Positions 5,540-13,464 of a DNA stretch of 13,848 nt are shown here, one piece after another. Origin of the DNA: a virus. How positions within the stretch are numbered: the stretch's first letter is position 1; every line of letters starts with the position of its first letter. The stretch is taken from the IMG/VR virus record IMGVR_UViG_3300045988_113164. One strand, 5' to 3'. The position numbers and the translations under genes were made by a program. Below the pieces are notes generated by a model. That model was not told the DNA's origin, did not search any database, and saw only the letters and a list, made by a program, of their open reading frames with translations.

Positions 5540-5874
5540 AACAGGAAGACATTCTAGCATTAGCAAAGGCAGGATTCACAAGGGATCAGATTGTTGCGCT
5601 TGCAGGTTTACAGGCCGCCCCGGTACAGCAGACCGCCCCGGTACAGCAGACCGCTCCGGTACAGCAGACCGCCCCGGTACAGCAGGCCGCTCCGGTACAG
5701 CAGGCCGCTCCTGCACAGCCTGGAACATCTGGCGACCCGGTTTTGGATGCCCTGTTGGGGCTTCGCGAAGATATGAAAAAACAGGCGTTGCTGTTTTCAT
5801 CTCAGCCGCCAACACAGCAGGAAACAAGCGATGATATTCTTGCGTCCATCATTAACCCGAAAGGAGAAAAATAA
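5536..5874 (+). CDS. Scaffolding protein candidate (112 aa) with a tandem APVQQ(T/A) repeat
   Basis: ATGA start/stop overlap with the upstream gene. It lies immediately upstream of the capsid gene, as phi29 gp7 does. It is small and acidic with helical ends around a PQ-rich repeat. Confidence 0.6.
   Translation: MKQEDILALAKAGFTRDQIVALAGLQAAPVQQTAPVQQTAPVQQTAPVQQAAPVQQAAPAQPGTSGDPVLDALLGLREDMKKQALLFSSQPPTQQETSDDILASIINPKGEK
5617..5724 (+). repeat. 18-bp tandem repeat, five good copies plus one degenerate copy (GCCCCGGTACAGCAGACC)
   Basis: Units at 5617, 5635, 5653, 5671 and 5689, with a degenerate unit at 5707. They encode APVQQT/APVQQA in frame. Confidence 0.95.
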
Positions 5875-5876
5875 AA

Positions 5877-7100
5877 ATGGTGAATGATTTATCTTTTGAC
5901 CAGCTGTCAACCGTGCTGACAGCGATTACGAATCAGGCAACCGGTGTGAATAATGTCGCGCCGATTGATACTGCGTCTTTTGTTAGCGTTGCGCAGATGG
6001 CGTTGAAAACTGGCTACGATCCCTTGACTACTGCAATTTCACAGGTGCTGTCAAGGACAATCTTTTCTGTCAGACCCTACTCACGAAAATTCAAAGGTTT
6101 GAATGTATCGAATCAGCGCTATGGAAATCATGTTCGTAAACTGCTGACTATTGATAAGCCCTTCGAGGATGATGACAGGTTAAAGCTGGTAGACGGGGAG
6201 TCTATTGATCAGTACCGGGTGAACAAACCGAAAGTTTTACAGACAAACTTCTACGGGGCAAACGTCTATCAGAAGTCAGTGACGATTTACAAGGATCAGT
6301 TAGACTGTGCTTTCTCATCACCGGATGAGTTTGCATCGTTCATTTCTATGGTAATGCAGAACGCTTCGGATATGATTGAACAGGCTCATGAGGAAACCGC
6401 GAGAGCAACAATCAACAATCTGATTTCCGGTATTTATGCGGCTGAGACGACAAGCGGCACCGCTAATACCATGGCGAAATCAAATGGTGGTAAACGCGCA
6501 ATCAATCTGCTGACCTTGTATAACCAGACGAACGGTGGCGCATTAGGGGTCAACGATATTTTCAAGGCGCAAAACTTTGAAAGCTTTGTAAAATTTGCGT
6601 TTTCAACGATTAACACGCTCGCAGATTTAATGACAGACAGAAACACCTTATTCTCTTCCCAGCTGACGAACTACACGGTTATTCGGCATACGCCGAAAGA
6701 CAGGATGAAATTTTATCTCTACACAGATCTGGTCAATAAGATCAATTCAGAAGTATATTCGACCGTATTCAATCCGGACTTCCTTAAGCTTGTTGATTTC
6801 GAAAGAGTCAATTTCTGGCAGTCAGCTTTGAATCCATCTCAGATTCAAAACAAACCTGTGATGTTAAACAAAGATGGAACTTTGAACACTGTCGGAAATA
6901 CAGATATCGGAAATGTATTCGGTGTTCTTTTTGATGAGGAGGCGGCGGGTTACACAACCGTAAATGAATGGTCACAGCCCAGTCCGTTTAATGCCCGTGG
7001 CGGATACTACAACCAGTTCTGGCACTTTACTGACCGTTACTGGAATGATTTCACGGAAAATGCGATTGTATTCTACGTTGCCAATCCATCTGATGAATAA
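5877..7100 (+). CDS. Major capsid protein, phi29 gp8-like HK97 fold (407 aa)
   Basis: [27 protein letters not shown] parallels gp8 [38 protein letters not shown] parallels gp8 RGLYWNYYYHVW. The position after the scaffold gene fits. Confidence 0.85.
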   Translation: [407 protein letters not shown]

Positions 7101-7117
7101 TGTTTCACATGAAACAT
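7100..7117. promoter_or_regulatory. 18-bp palindrome, copy 3 (identical to copy 1)
   Basis: ATGTTTCA-CA-TGAAACAT. It starts on the last base of the capsid TAA and ends 17 nt before the tail-knob ATG, directly 5' of its RBS. Confidence 0.75.
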
Positions 7118-7134
7118 GAAAGAAAGGAGTAAAC

Positions 7135-8532
7135 ATGGCATTATCAGTTACTCTTTATACATTCTCCAAACGGCTCAACAGTACAAAAAATCCCCCCGCT
7201 GAGGGGGGATTCACTGTACAAGCCGTCCTAAAAGACAACACCTCTATCATAAGACCGGAATTAGAAGTTGTTGAAAATGTGACTGCTTATAACTATGCCT
7301 ATATTCCCGCCTTCTATCGGTATTATTTCGTTCAAGATGTGATCTGGGAAAAAGGTGTGTGGCGCATTGTACTCTCAGAAGATGTTCTTGCCACCTATAA
7401 AACAGTGATCGGAGACACAACCGCCTATATCCTGCGATGCGCAACGTTCCAAGACCCGACAATTATTGATAGCTTATATCCTACGGTCGTTGGTGTAGAA
7501 AGCACTTCAAGCGTGGGTTCTTGGGACTGGGTGAACCCCGACTTGGATAAAGGAACTTATGTGGTAGGTCTGGTTAACAACAATGATACGGTCGCAGGCG
7601 GCGTTGCATACTACGCATTAACAGGTACAGAAATGGCGGCTTTTCGCGCATACATGCTAGGTTCTATCCAGTCTTGGGATCAGATCACCGATTTTGCGGG
7701 GGATGTAGCGAAAGCATTCATTGATCCATTTCAATACGTGGTTTCCTGCTTATGGTTTCCAGTTCCCGTCCCCGCTGATGAGGGAGCAACACCACTCGGC
7801 TTCGGGTTTTGGTCTACACCGGAATTAACAGGGCACAAGCTGATTTCCACCACGTCTACACAGACGTTGACACTGAAAAGACCAAAACGCCCTCACAATG
7901 AGGACTTGGTTTATTTGCGCTACCCGCCATTTGCAGAATACTACGCAGTAGCCGACCCATGGGGCGTGATCCCGCTGGACGGGAATAAAATTGTTGATGA
8001 TGTTCTTTTCACAGCAACATTCGACTTTGTGACCGGAAAAGGAATCCTGCGAATCGAAGCGAAGGTTGGCGAGGATACCCGGAACTATAGACTTTTGTAT
8101 GAAGGACAGGCGCAAGTGGGTGTGACTATACAGCTTTCCAATGTTACGTTCAACTACGAAAAATCGTTTTCCGGTCTGTCTGGCGCACTATCAGCGGCGG
8201 CGGGTGGACTCATTTCCGGTATCGCAAGTGCTTTTTCCGGTTCGGGAATTGCTTCATCCATGGAAGCGAGCAACAGCATTTTGAATACGACCGGAACAAA
8301 CAGCGGTATGGCGGCGATCGGGTTGGGTCACTTTGTTGCACTAAAAGCAAACTATTTTTCACAGGTCGCCTATGACAAAGCCGACAACGGCTCACCACTC
8401 TGTCAGCACAGGAAAATTTCTGATTGCACGGGCTATGTGAAAGTGGAAAACGGAGCAATCAATTTTTCCGCGCTCGAACCGGAAAAGAAAATGGTGAAAG
8501 AATTTTTAGAAGGAGGATTTTATTATGAGTGA
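7135..8532 (+). CDS. Tail knob / distal tail tube protein, phi29 gp9-like (465 aa)
   Basis: N-terminal YNYAYIPAFYRYYFVQDV...SEDVLATY parallels gp9 YIMFQNADYGNKWFYAFVTEL...EIDVLQTW. The Gly/Ser/Ala-rich hydrophobic segment GLSGALSAAAGGLISGIASAFSGSGIASS parallels the gp9 loop GGGISAGASAAGGSALGMASS. C-terminal GYVKVENGAINFS...KEFLEGGFYYE parallels gp9 NYVQTKDCFISG...RTIFDNGITLWH. Confidence 0.8.
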   Translation: MALSVTLYTFSKRLNSTKNPPAEGGFTVQAVLKDNTSIIRPELEVVENVTAYNYAYIPAFYRYYFVQDVIWEKGVWRIVLSEDVLATYKTVIGDTTAYILRCATFQDPTIIDSLYPTVVGVESTSSVGSWDWVNPDLDKGTYVVGLVNNNDTVAGGVAYYALTGTEMAAFRAYMLGSIQSWDQITDFAGDVAKAFIDPFQYVVSCLWFPVPVPADEGATPLGFGFWSTPELTGHKLISTTSTQTLTLKRPKRPHNEDLVYLRYPPFAEYYAVADPWGVIPLDGNKIVDDVLFTATFDFVTGKGILRIEAKVGEDTRNYRLLYEGQAQVGVTIQLSNVTFNYEKSFSGLSGALSAAAGGLISGIASAFSGSGIASSMEASNSILNTTGTNSGMAAIGLGHFVALKANYFSQVAYDKADNGSPLCQHRKISDCTGYVKVENGAINFSALEPEKKMVKEFLEGGFYYE

Positions 8533-8704
8533 GATTAAAATGTATTCATTACCGACAACCGTAGCTGTAGCCATTCTGGTGATTGGCGGGAATTATGGAA
8601 ATGGAACTGACCGTATTAAGCGGTTGAAAGCAGATGGTTTTGATCCTGTGCGGGTGCAGAAATGTGTAAATGATCTTCTTCCTATAGTCAAGAGGTATCG
8701 TTAA
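8525..8704 (+). CDS. 59-aa protein with one CW_7-like (Cpl-7-type) peptidoglycan-binding motif; not in the supplied ORF track
   Basis: Hand translation: MSEIKMYSLPTTVAVAILVIGGNYGNGTDRIKRLKADGFDPVRVQKCVNDLLPIVKRYR. GNYGNGTDRIKRLKADGFDPVRVQKCVNDLL matches the CW_7 repeat pattern as I recall it (G.WGNG.ER...L.AAGYDY.AVQ..VN.LL). RBS AAGGAGG lies 8 nt upstream. The ORF overlaps both neighbours, by ATGAGTGA upstream and TAATG downstream. Confidence 0.65.
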   Translation: MSEIKMYSLPTTVAVAILVIGGNYGNGTDRIKRLKADGFDPVRVQKCVNDLLPIVKRYR

Positions 8705-9786
8705 TGGCGGGCAATATTCAGGTGTCATATCAGTGGGCAATTGACACCTGCAACAAAAACAATGTCGGTTATTCTCAGACTTACAGAAATCAGCAGACAG
8801 TGAACGGAATCACTTATTACGATTGCAGTTCCTTCATCTGGTATGCCCTTCTTGCATCTGGTTTTGATGTAGTAGCCGCCCACGGCGGGCAATCATGGCC
8901 GTTCACTACTTATGATATGGGTAGTGTTCTGGATGCACTCGGTTTCAACCGTGTACCTGTCAACGATGTCTGGAAACCGGGAGATATTCTTATAAGGAAT
9001 AACCGCTATGGTAACCATACCGAAATGGTATACGAAGGTCGCCGAACCATGGGCGCACACAACTCACATTTACCTCTCAGCGAACAAGTGTCGATTAACA
9101 CGGGTGACAGTAACCCTGCCACTTGGGATACCTGTCACAGATTCGGAGGAGGTGCGGTAGGAGCAAAGGGAAGTAGTGCTTATGTAGTTGCGGCTATCTG
9201 TGGTAATTTCTGGCAGGAATCCGGCATCAATCCTGGCATCTGGCAGGACTTGAATCAGTCAGCCTTTACAGATTTATTAGTCGGTTTCGGTTTAGGGCAG
9301 TGGACAAATACAGAAGGAGACACCCATGGACGACTTTACAAATTACATGAATGGTTAATGAACAACGGCTACGCCGATGATGATGGGGTGGGTCAGCTAA
9401 ACTATCTGATTCACGAGAACGTCTGGTATAGCACTGGGGAAGCATCTGCCTACAAAAATCTGACTGAATTTTTAACCAGTGACAGCACAGATATTGCGGC
9501 GTTGACTCACGCATGGAACATTGGCTGGGAAGGAATCCATGACAGTTCGTGGGATGCCCGTGTGCAGTATGCGCAGAACTGCTATAACTACATCATCGCA
9601 CATGCAAATGACACATCCATCACGACCTGGGCAAAAGGTAACCGTTACCTCAGCGAAGCAGAGCGTTATAACAATGCAGTGTTAATTTATCGTTTCCTCA
9701 GCACCGGGGCTACACCCGGAACGGGAACAACGTTTCTGATCGCGGTTCTCAGTAAAAAGAAACGGAGGGATAGAAGAAATGTATAA
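8704..9786 (+). CDS. Two-domain tail-associated peptidoglycan hydrolase: N-terminal NlpC/P60-type cysteine peptidase and C-terminal phage tail lysozyme-like domain (360 aa)
   Basis: YYDCSSFIWYAL carries the catalytic Cys context. PGDILI...GNHTEMVY carries the His. The C-terminal AAICGNFWQESGINPG...GFGLGQWT is the signature I recall for the phage tail lysozyme family (GN...ESG.NP...G.G..QW). Functionally it corresponds to phi29 gp13. Confidence 0.8.
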   Translation: MAGNIQVSYQWAIDTCNKNNVGYSQTYRNQQTVNGITYYDCSSFIWYALLASGFDVVAAHGGQSWPFTTYDMGSVLDALGFNRVPVNDVWKPGDILIRNNRYGNHTEMVYEGRRTMGAHNSHLPLSEQVSINTGDSNPATWDTCHRFGGGAVGAKGSSAYVVAAICGNFWQESGINPGIWQDLNQSAFTDLLVGFGLGQWTNTEGDTHGRLYKLHEWLMNNGYADDDGVGQLNYLIHENVWYSTGEASAYKNLTEFLTSDSTDIAALTHAWNIGWEGIHDSSWDARVQYAQNCYNYIIAHANDTSITTWAKGNRYLSEAERYNNAVLIYRFLSTGATPGTGTTFLIAVLSKKKRRDRRNV

Positions 9787-10693
9787 CGGCATACCCTTTT
9801 CGGCAGATTATATCAATGCGGCTAACTCGGTGATTTCACCGAGTACCGTCCATTGCCGGAATACCAGCTTATCTCTTTATTTTCAACGATATCTGTTACA
9901 GAAAGCAATGAGTGTCTTCAAATGGGAAATGCCGCCGCTATGGGCGAAGAACTATACCCTCTATACGCTGTACTGCTGGGGCTTTTTCGCTGTAGTCAAC
10001 ACAGACAGATACGGCGTGATCCCGCAGGCCTGTGGTCTGCGGGGGTATGATGTAATGTATCAGCCGACCAACGCGATCATCACAAACCCACTCCTATCTG
10101 GGACACTAGAACCGCGGATTGGTTTGCAGTGCGAATTGGTTCGGCTACAGCCGGATTACGGCGGCATCATGGATATTGTTACCTATTATGCAGATATGTT
10201 AGCCCTGTGTGCGGAATCAGTAGGAATGAATCTTGTGAACAGTAAACTTGCTTATGTGTTCGCCGCAGAAAATAAAGCAATGGCGGAAACATTCAAAAAG
10301 CTGTATGATCAGATTGCCGCTGGAAATGTGGCGGCTGTGATTGACAAACAGTTATTCCGGGACGACGGCAAGGCGAACTGGCAGATGTTCAACCAGAACG
10401 TAGGTCAGAACTACATTGCGGATAGAGTGCTTTCGGATATGCGGAAAATCGAAGCTATGTTCTGCACGGACATAGGCATCCCGAATGCGAACACGGACAA
10501 AAAGGAACGCTTAATCACGGATGAGGTCAACGCAAATAAAGTTGAAACCCACTCCAAATGCGATTTATGGTTGGAAGAGCTGAAAGAATCCTGTGAGAAA
10601 GTCCGGGAGATGTTTGGAATCAAACTGGATGTTAATTGGAGATATAAAGGGGGCGAGGAAAATGGCAACATTGAGTCTACTGGGACTGTATAA
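9779..10693 (+). CDS. Portal / upper collar connector, phi29 gp10-like (304 aa)
   Basis: [23 protein letters not shown] parallels gp10 [41 protein letters not shown] parallels ACEKINELYGLNVKVKFRY. The size matches (309 aa in phi29). Confidence 0.9.
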   Translation: [304 protein letters not shown]

Positions 10694-11501
10694 CCATGAC
10701 GAATCCCTTCTGAATGGTTTGATTGAAAATTTACCGAACAAATTCGGAATACCGTCCAGTTACGAGGATTCCTACTACACCGATGTAACCATTGACCCTC
10801 AGACCGTAACAGAAAATCTGCTGGTCGAATGTGCTGAGTTTGAAATTTTGTATTCAGACTCCGACGCATTAAAGAGGATCATCACTATATGGTCTGCAAA
10901 AGAGAAACCCGTGTGGCAGAAAATGTTTAACACGATCTGCTATAAGTACAATCCAATCTGGAACAAAGATGGAAAAACTACGTGGACGGAACAGCAGACC
11001 ACAAGCGGAACTAAAACGGAAATGGAAAAAGGAACAAAAACAACCAGCGAGGACGGTTCAATCACTGATGATTATACCTCAACTAGCACCACGACAAATA
11101 CAACAACTGGTGCCGGCACAAATACCCGCGCTGGAAATGATGAAACAACCGGAAAGGTCAGTGCTTATGACAGCACGGATTTTCAGAACAGGGACAAGAC
11201 AAACAGTACCTCTAGTGAAAATAGCACAACGGAAAGCAACGAAGAGTTCACCGGAAAAGGAAACGTCACAAACAAAGGGAAGAAAACAACTACAAACGCA
11301 GGAGATGAAAAACATGATGTTTCACGTGAAACAAATGACAGTAATACAGGTGAAACAACTCATGAGCAACGAGAAACGGGTAACATCGGTGTTACTATGA
11401 CTCAACAGATGATCACCGCGGAACGTGAAATTGCCATGTTCAATATCATTGATTTTATCATCAATGATTTTAAAGAGCGTTTCTGTTTACGGATTTATTA
11501 A
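10662..11501 (+). CDS. Lower collar protein, phi29 gp11-like (279 aa), with a Thr/Ser/Asn-rich central region
   Basis: The start is reassigned to ATG 10662 (MATLSLLGLYNHDE), preceded by GGGGGCGAGGA. The track start at 10593 lies inside the portal gene. The position after the portal fits. YKYNPIWNKDG and the C-terminal GNIGVTMTQQMITAEREIAMFNIIDFIINDFKERFCLRIY match the lower-collar pattern as I recall it. Confidence 0.7.
   Translation: MATLSLLGLYNHDESLLNGLIENLPNKFGIPSSYEDSYYTDVTIDPQTVTENLLVECAEFEILYSDSDALKRIITIWSAKEKPVWQKMFNTICYKYNPIWNKDGKTTWTEQQTTSGTKTEMEKGTKTTSEDGSITDDYTSTSTTTNTTTGAGTNTRAGNDETTGKVSAYDSTDFQNRDKTNSTSSENSTTESNEEFTGKGNVTNKGKKTTTNAGDEKHDVSRETNDSNTGETTHEQRETGNIGVTMTQQMITAEREIAMFNIIDFIINDFKERFCLRIY
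11317..11334. promoter_or_regulatory. 18-bp palindrome, copy 4 (imperfect, intragenic)
   Basis: ATGTTTCA-CG-TGAAACAA. It matches the consensus arms at 15 of 16 positions, and the 14-nt core GTTTCACGTGAAAC is a perfect palindrome. It lies inside the lower-collar ORF. Confidence 0.5.
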
Positions 11502-11515
11502 AGGAGGATGCGAAA

Positions 11516-13021
11516 ATGGGATTATTCGATCAATTTCCCTACACAAATTTTCATGAACTGAACCTCGACTGGATTGTTGAGCAGATGCGTAGTCAGAAAG
11601 ATTACGTTGATAAAATTGATGATCATGTTGCCGAAGTTGATAAACATGTTACTGAGGTTGATAAACATGTTACCGAGGTTAATAACAATGTTTTAAATGT
11701 AGATAAACACATTGATGCAAAAGTGGCAGAAATAACACCACCTCTAGTCAAAAGCACTGTGGAACAGATGTCGGAAGATGGTAAACTGCTGGCAAATAGC
11801 GTATTTAACGTTGTTCTGCACGGGGCTGATAATACGGGTGTTACTGATGCCAGCTCCGCTATACAGTATACAATTGATAAGTACCATTTCGCTTATATCC
11901 CAAATGGACTTTATAAAGTTGATAAGACGTTAATAATTGATAGTGGATGTGTGCTGATCGGGCAAAGTTGCATTGATACTATTCTCAACGTCTCAGCAAT
12001 CAATGGTATTGTAACTAAAGATTTTTTCAGTAAAACCGCAACAGGAACGGAAGCGGGAATATATGGATTTACAATCGCCAATTTACATCTGACCGGACTT
12101 AATACAGAAAATGCTGGATATGGTATCGCTGTATACGGGTACAGGTATAGAATCACAAATTGCTTTATTGAAAAATTTCACACCGGATTATACAGCGAAT
12201 ACAACAAATCAACAGGCTTTGCCCCTAGTGGCAGTACAATGGAATCGCTCATCTCACATTGCTTAATACAGCGCAATATATCAACCGCTATGGTATTCAG
12301 AGGGCCGAGTGACTCGCGTATTGAGGATGTTGATTTTTCAAACAGCCCCTATGGTATCGTGTTTGAAACCACTGATAGCTCGTGGGCGTACGGAACAAAG
12401 GCAATTAACTGTCATGGTTATCGCATTACCGCCGTGGGATGTTATACAGTTAAAGATAATATTAGTCTGATCAATTGCATCGGAGAAAGTAGCTATAATG
12501 GTGTTGATATCGCAGGATCGGGAATCGTACTGGCTAATTGTAGTTTCTACAACAACGACACAAGCGGTATTTACTTTTCGACTGGTCGTGATATTTCAAT
12601 ATTCGATGCCACTCTGCAGGGAAACAAAGGCAGTGAAATCCATTTACAAAGTCAGCTTAGTGACAGCTATATCACTGCTAGAATCGTAGGAACACCTAGC
12701 GCAGTACTCAGCGGCGGAGGAGGCGTTGATATCAGAACTACTAGCATAAAAGTATATTCTAATGTTGATGCTAGTATCTATAATAGTCCTAAATCATTGC
12801 CAATCACTGGTGTAGGAGATGTAACCGCGAATACGGCGCACAAGGCATCTGATAACTATTGTGTGCTCGCCTATCAGACAGGCGGTGAGGGATTCAGCGT
12901 TAATGACGGCACAGGTGACAAACCGATCGGAAATGCGCCTTGCTTCTTTGTGCCTGCTGGAGGGACATGGAAATGTACAACAGAGCCGGGAAGTATGTAC
13001 TATCAGCCAATCCTGTTTTAA
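11516..13021 (+). CDS. Tail appendage / tailspike receptor-binding protein with a predicted right-handed beta-helix (depolymerase-like) domain (501 aa)
   Basis: The N-terminus FPYTNFHELNLDWIVEQM is a common tail-fibre anchor motif in phages of Gram-positive hosts. A heptad-repeat coiled coil follows (VDKHVTE x2 plus degenerate copies). HGADNTGVTDASSAIQYTID is a pectate-lyase-3-like start (GDG.TDD..AIQ). Repetitive G/N/I-rung sequence follows. The position corresponds to phi29 gp12. Confidence 0.75.
   Translation: MGLFDQFPYTNFHELNLDWIVEQMRSQKDYVDKIDDHVAEVDKHVTEVDKHVTEVNNNVLNVDKHIDAKVAEITPPLVKSTVEQMSEDGKLLANSVFNVVLHGADNTGVTDASSAIQYTIDKYHFAYIPNGLYKVDKTLIIDSGCVLIGQSCIDTILNVSAINGIVTKDFFSKTATGTEAGIYGFTIANLHLTGLNTENAGYGIAVYGYRYRITNCFIEKFHTGLYSEYNKSTGFAPSGSTMESLISHCLIQRNISTAMVFRGPSDSRIEDVDFSNSPYGIVFETTDSSWAYGTKAINCHGYRITAVGCYTVKDNISLINCIGESSYNGVDIAGSGIVLANCSFYNNDTSGIYFSTGRDISIFDATLQGNKGSEIHLQSQLSDSYITARIVGTPSAVLSGGGGVDIRTTSIKVYSNVDASIYNSPKSLPITGVGDVTANTAHKASDNYCVLAYQTGGEGFSVNDGTGDKPIGNAPCFFVPAGGTWKCTTEPGSMYYQPILF
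11636..11677 (+). repeat. 21-bp tandem repeat x2 (GTTGATAAACATGTTAC[T/C]GAG) within a longer degenerate heptad array (about 11606-11719)
   Basis: Units at 11636-11656 and 11657-11677 differ at one base. The flanking units are degenerate. They encode VDKHVTE heptads. Confidence 0.9.
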
Positions 13022-13023
13022 AT

Positions 13024-13049
13024 AAAAGAGGGCTTATAGCCCTCTTTTT
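13024..13049. terminator. Bidirectional intrinsic terminator between the convergent late and right-early operons
   Basis: AAAAGAGGGCT (13024-13034), loop TAT, AGCCCTCTTTT (13038-13048). An A-run precedes it and a T-run follows, so it can act on both strands. It sits between the stops at 13021 (+) and 13048 (-). Confidence 0.8.
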
Positions 13050-13251
13050 AAATTAAGCATATGATTTTATCACCGTTCTTATGAAAGAAGATTTTGAAAT
13101 AATCTACTTCCATTTTCATATATGCGGAATTTTTTTCAAAACAGCCACTCACTGTATCTTGATAGATACTCTTGTTATTCATATCTGTTATCATAACCAC
13201 TGAACCGTTTTTCAGATTGCCACATGCTAATAATACATCTCTTAATGTCAT
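13048..13251 (-). CDS. Terminal small-protein family member (67 aa)
   Basis: MTLRDVLLACGNLKNGSVVMI..., preceded by RBS AAAGGAGA. It is a paralog of 13265-13450 and of both halves of 200-607. Confidence 0.7.
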   Translation of the reverse strand: MTLRDVLLACGNLKNGSVVMITDMNNKSIYQDTVSGCFEKNSAYMKMEVDYFKIFFHKNGDKIICLI

Positions 13252-13264
13252 AATATTCTCCTTT

Positions 13265-13450
13265 CTATGTTCTCATCAAGATCACTTCTATGATTCTGCC
13301 ACGGATAGCAAAACAATAAACTTTGTATTCTCCGTATTTTTCTAGGCCGTCCAAGATTGGTAATACCTCGACATTGCCGTTAATCATAACCTTGAAAAAT
13401 TTCCTTTCGTTGCAATTGGTACACATTTCAAATAGCTTTCTTAATGTCAT
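13265..13450 (-). CDS. Terminal small-protein family member (61 aa)
   Basis: MTLRKLFEMCTNCNERKFFKVMI...LEKYGEYKVYCFAI...IEVIL, preceded by RBS AAAGGAG. LEKYG is shared with the C-terminal half of the left-end protein. Confidence 0.7.
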   Translation of the reverse strand: MTLRKLFEMCTNCNERKFFKVMINGNVEVLPILDGLEKYGEYKVYCFAIRGRIIEVILMRT

Positions 13451-13464
13451 GTGATTACTCCTTT

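Noticed and set aside
5617-5724. Possible CRISPR-like array
   Set aside because: The units are contiguous 18-mers with no spacers and they lie inside a coding frame. This is a tandem coding repeat, not a CRISPR array.
5576-5827. Overlapping ORFs (5576-5827 minus strand, 5591-5776 plus strand) with PRYSR/PAVPER repeats
   Set aside because: These are alternative-frame readings of the 18-bp tandem repeat. They have no RBS, whereas the APVQQT frame is translationally coupled to its neighbours.
10593-10661. Upstream start at 10593 for the lower-collar gene
   Set aside because: It would overlap the portal gene by 100 nt and has no RBS. ATG 10662 follows a G-rich SD and gives a sensible N-terminus.
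10969-11400. 143-aa plus-strand and 78-aa minus-strand ORFs inside the lower-collar gene, and the 152-aa minus-strand ORF at 10411-10869
   Set aside because: They are alternative frames of low-complexity coding sequence or antisense to well-supported portal and collar genes. None has an RBS or a recognisable motif.
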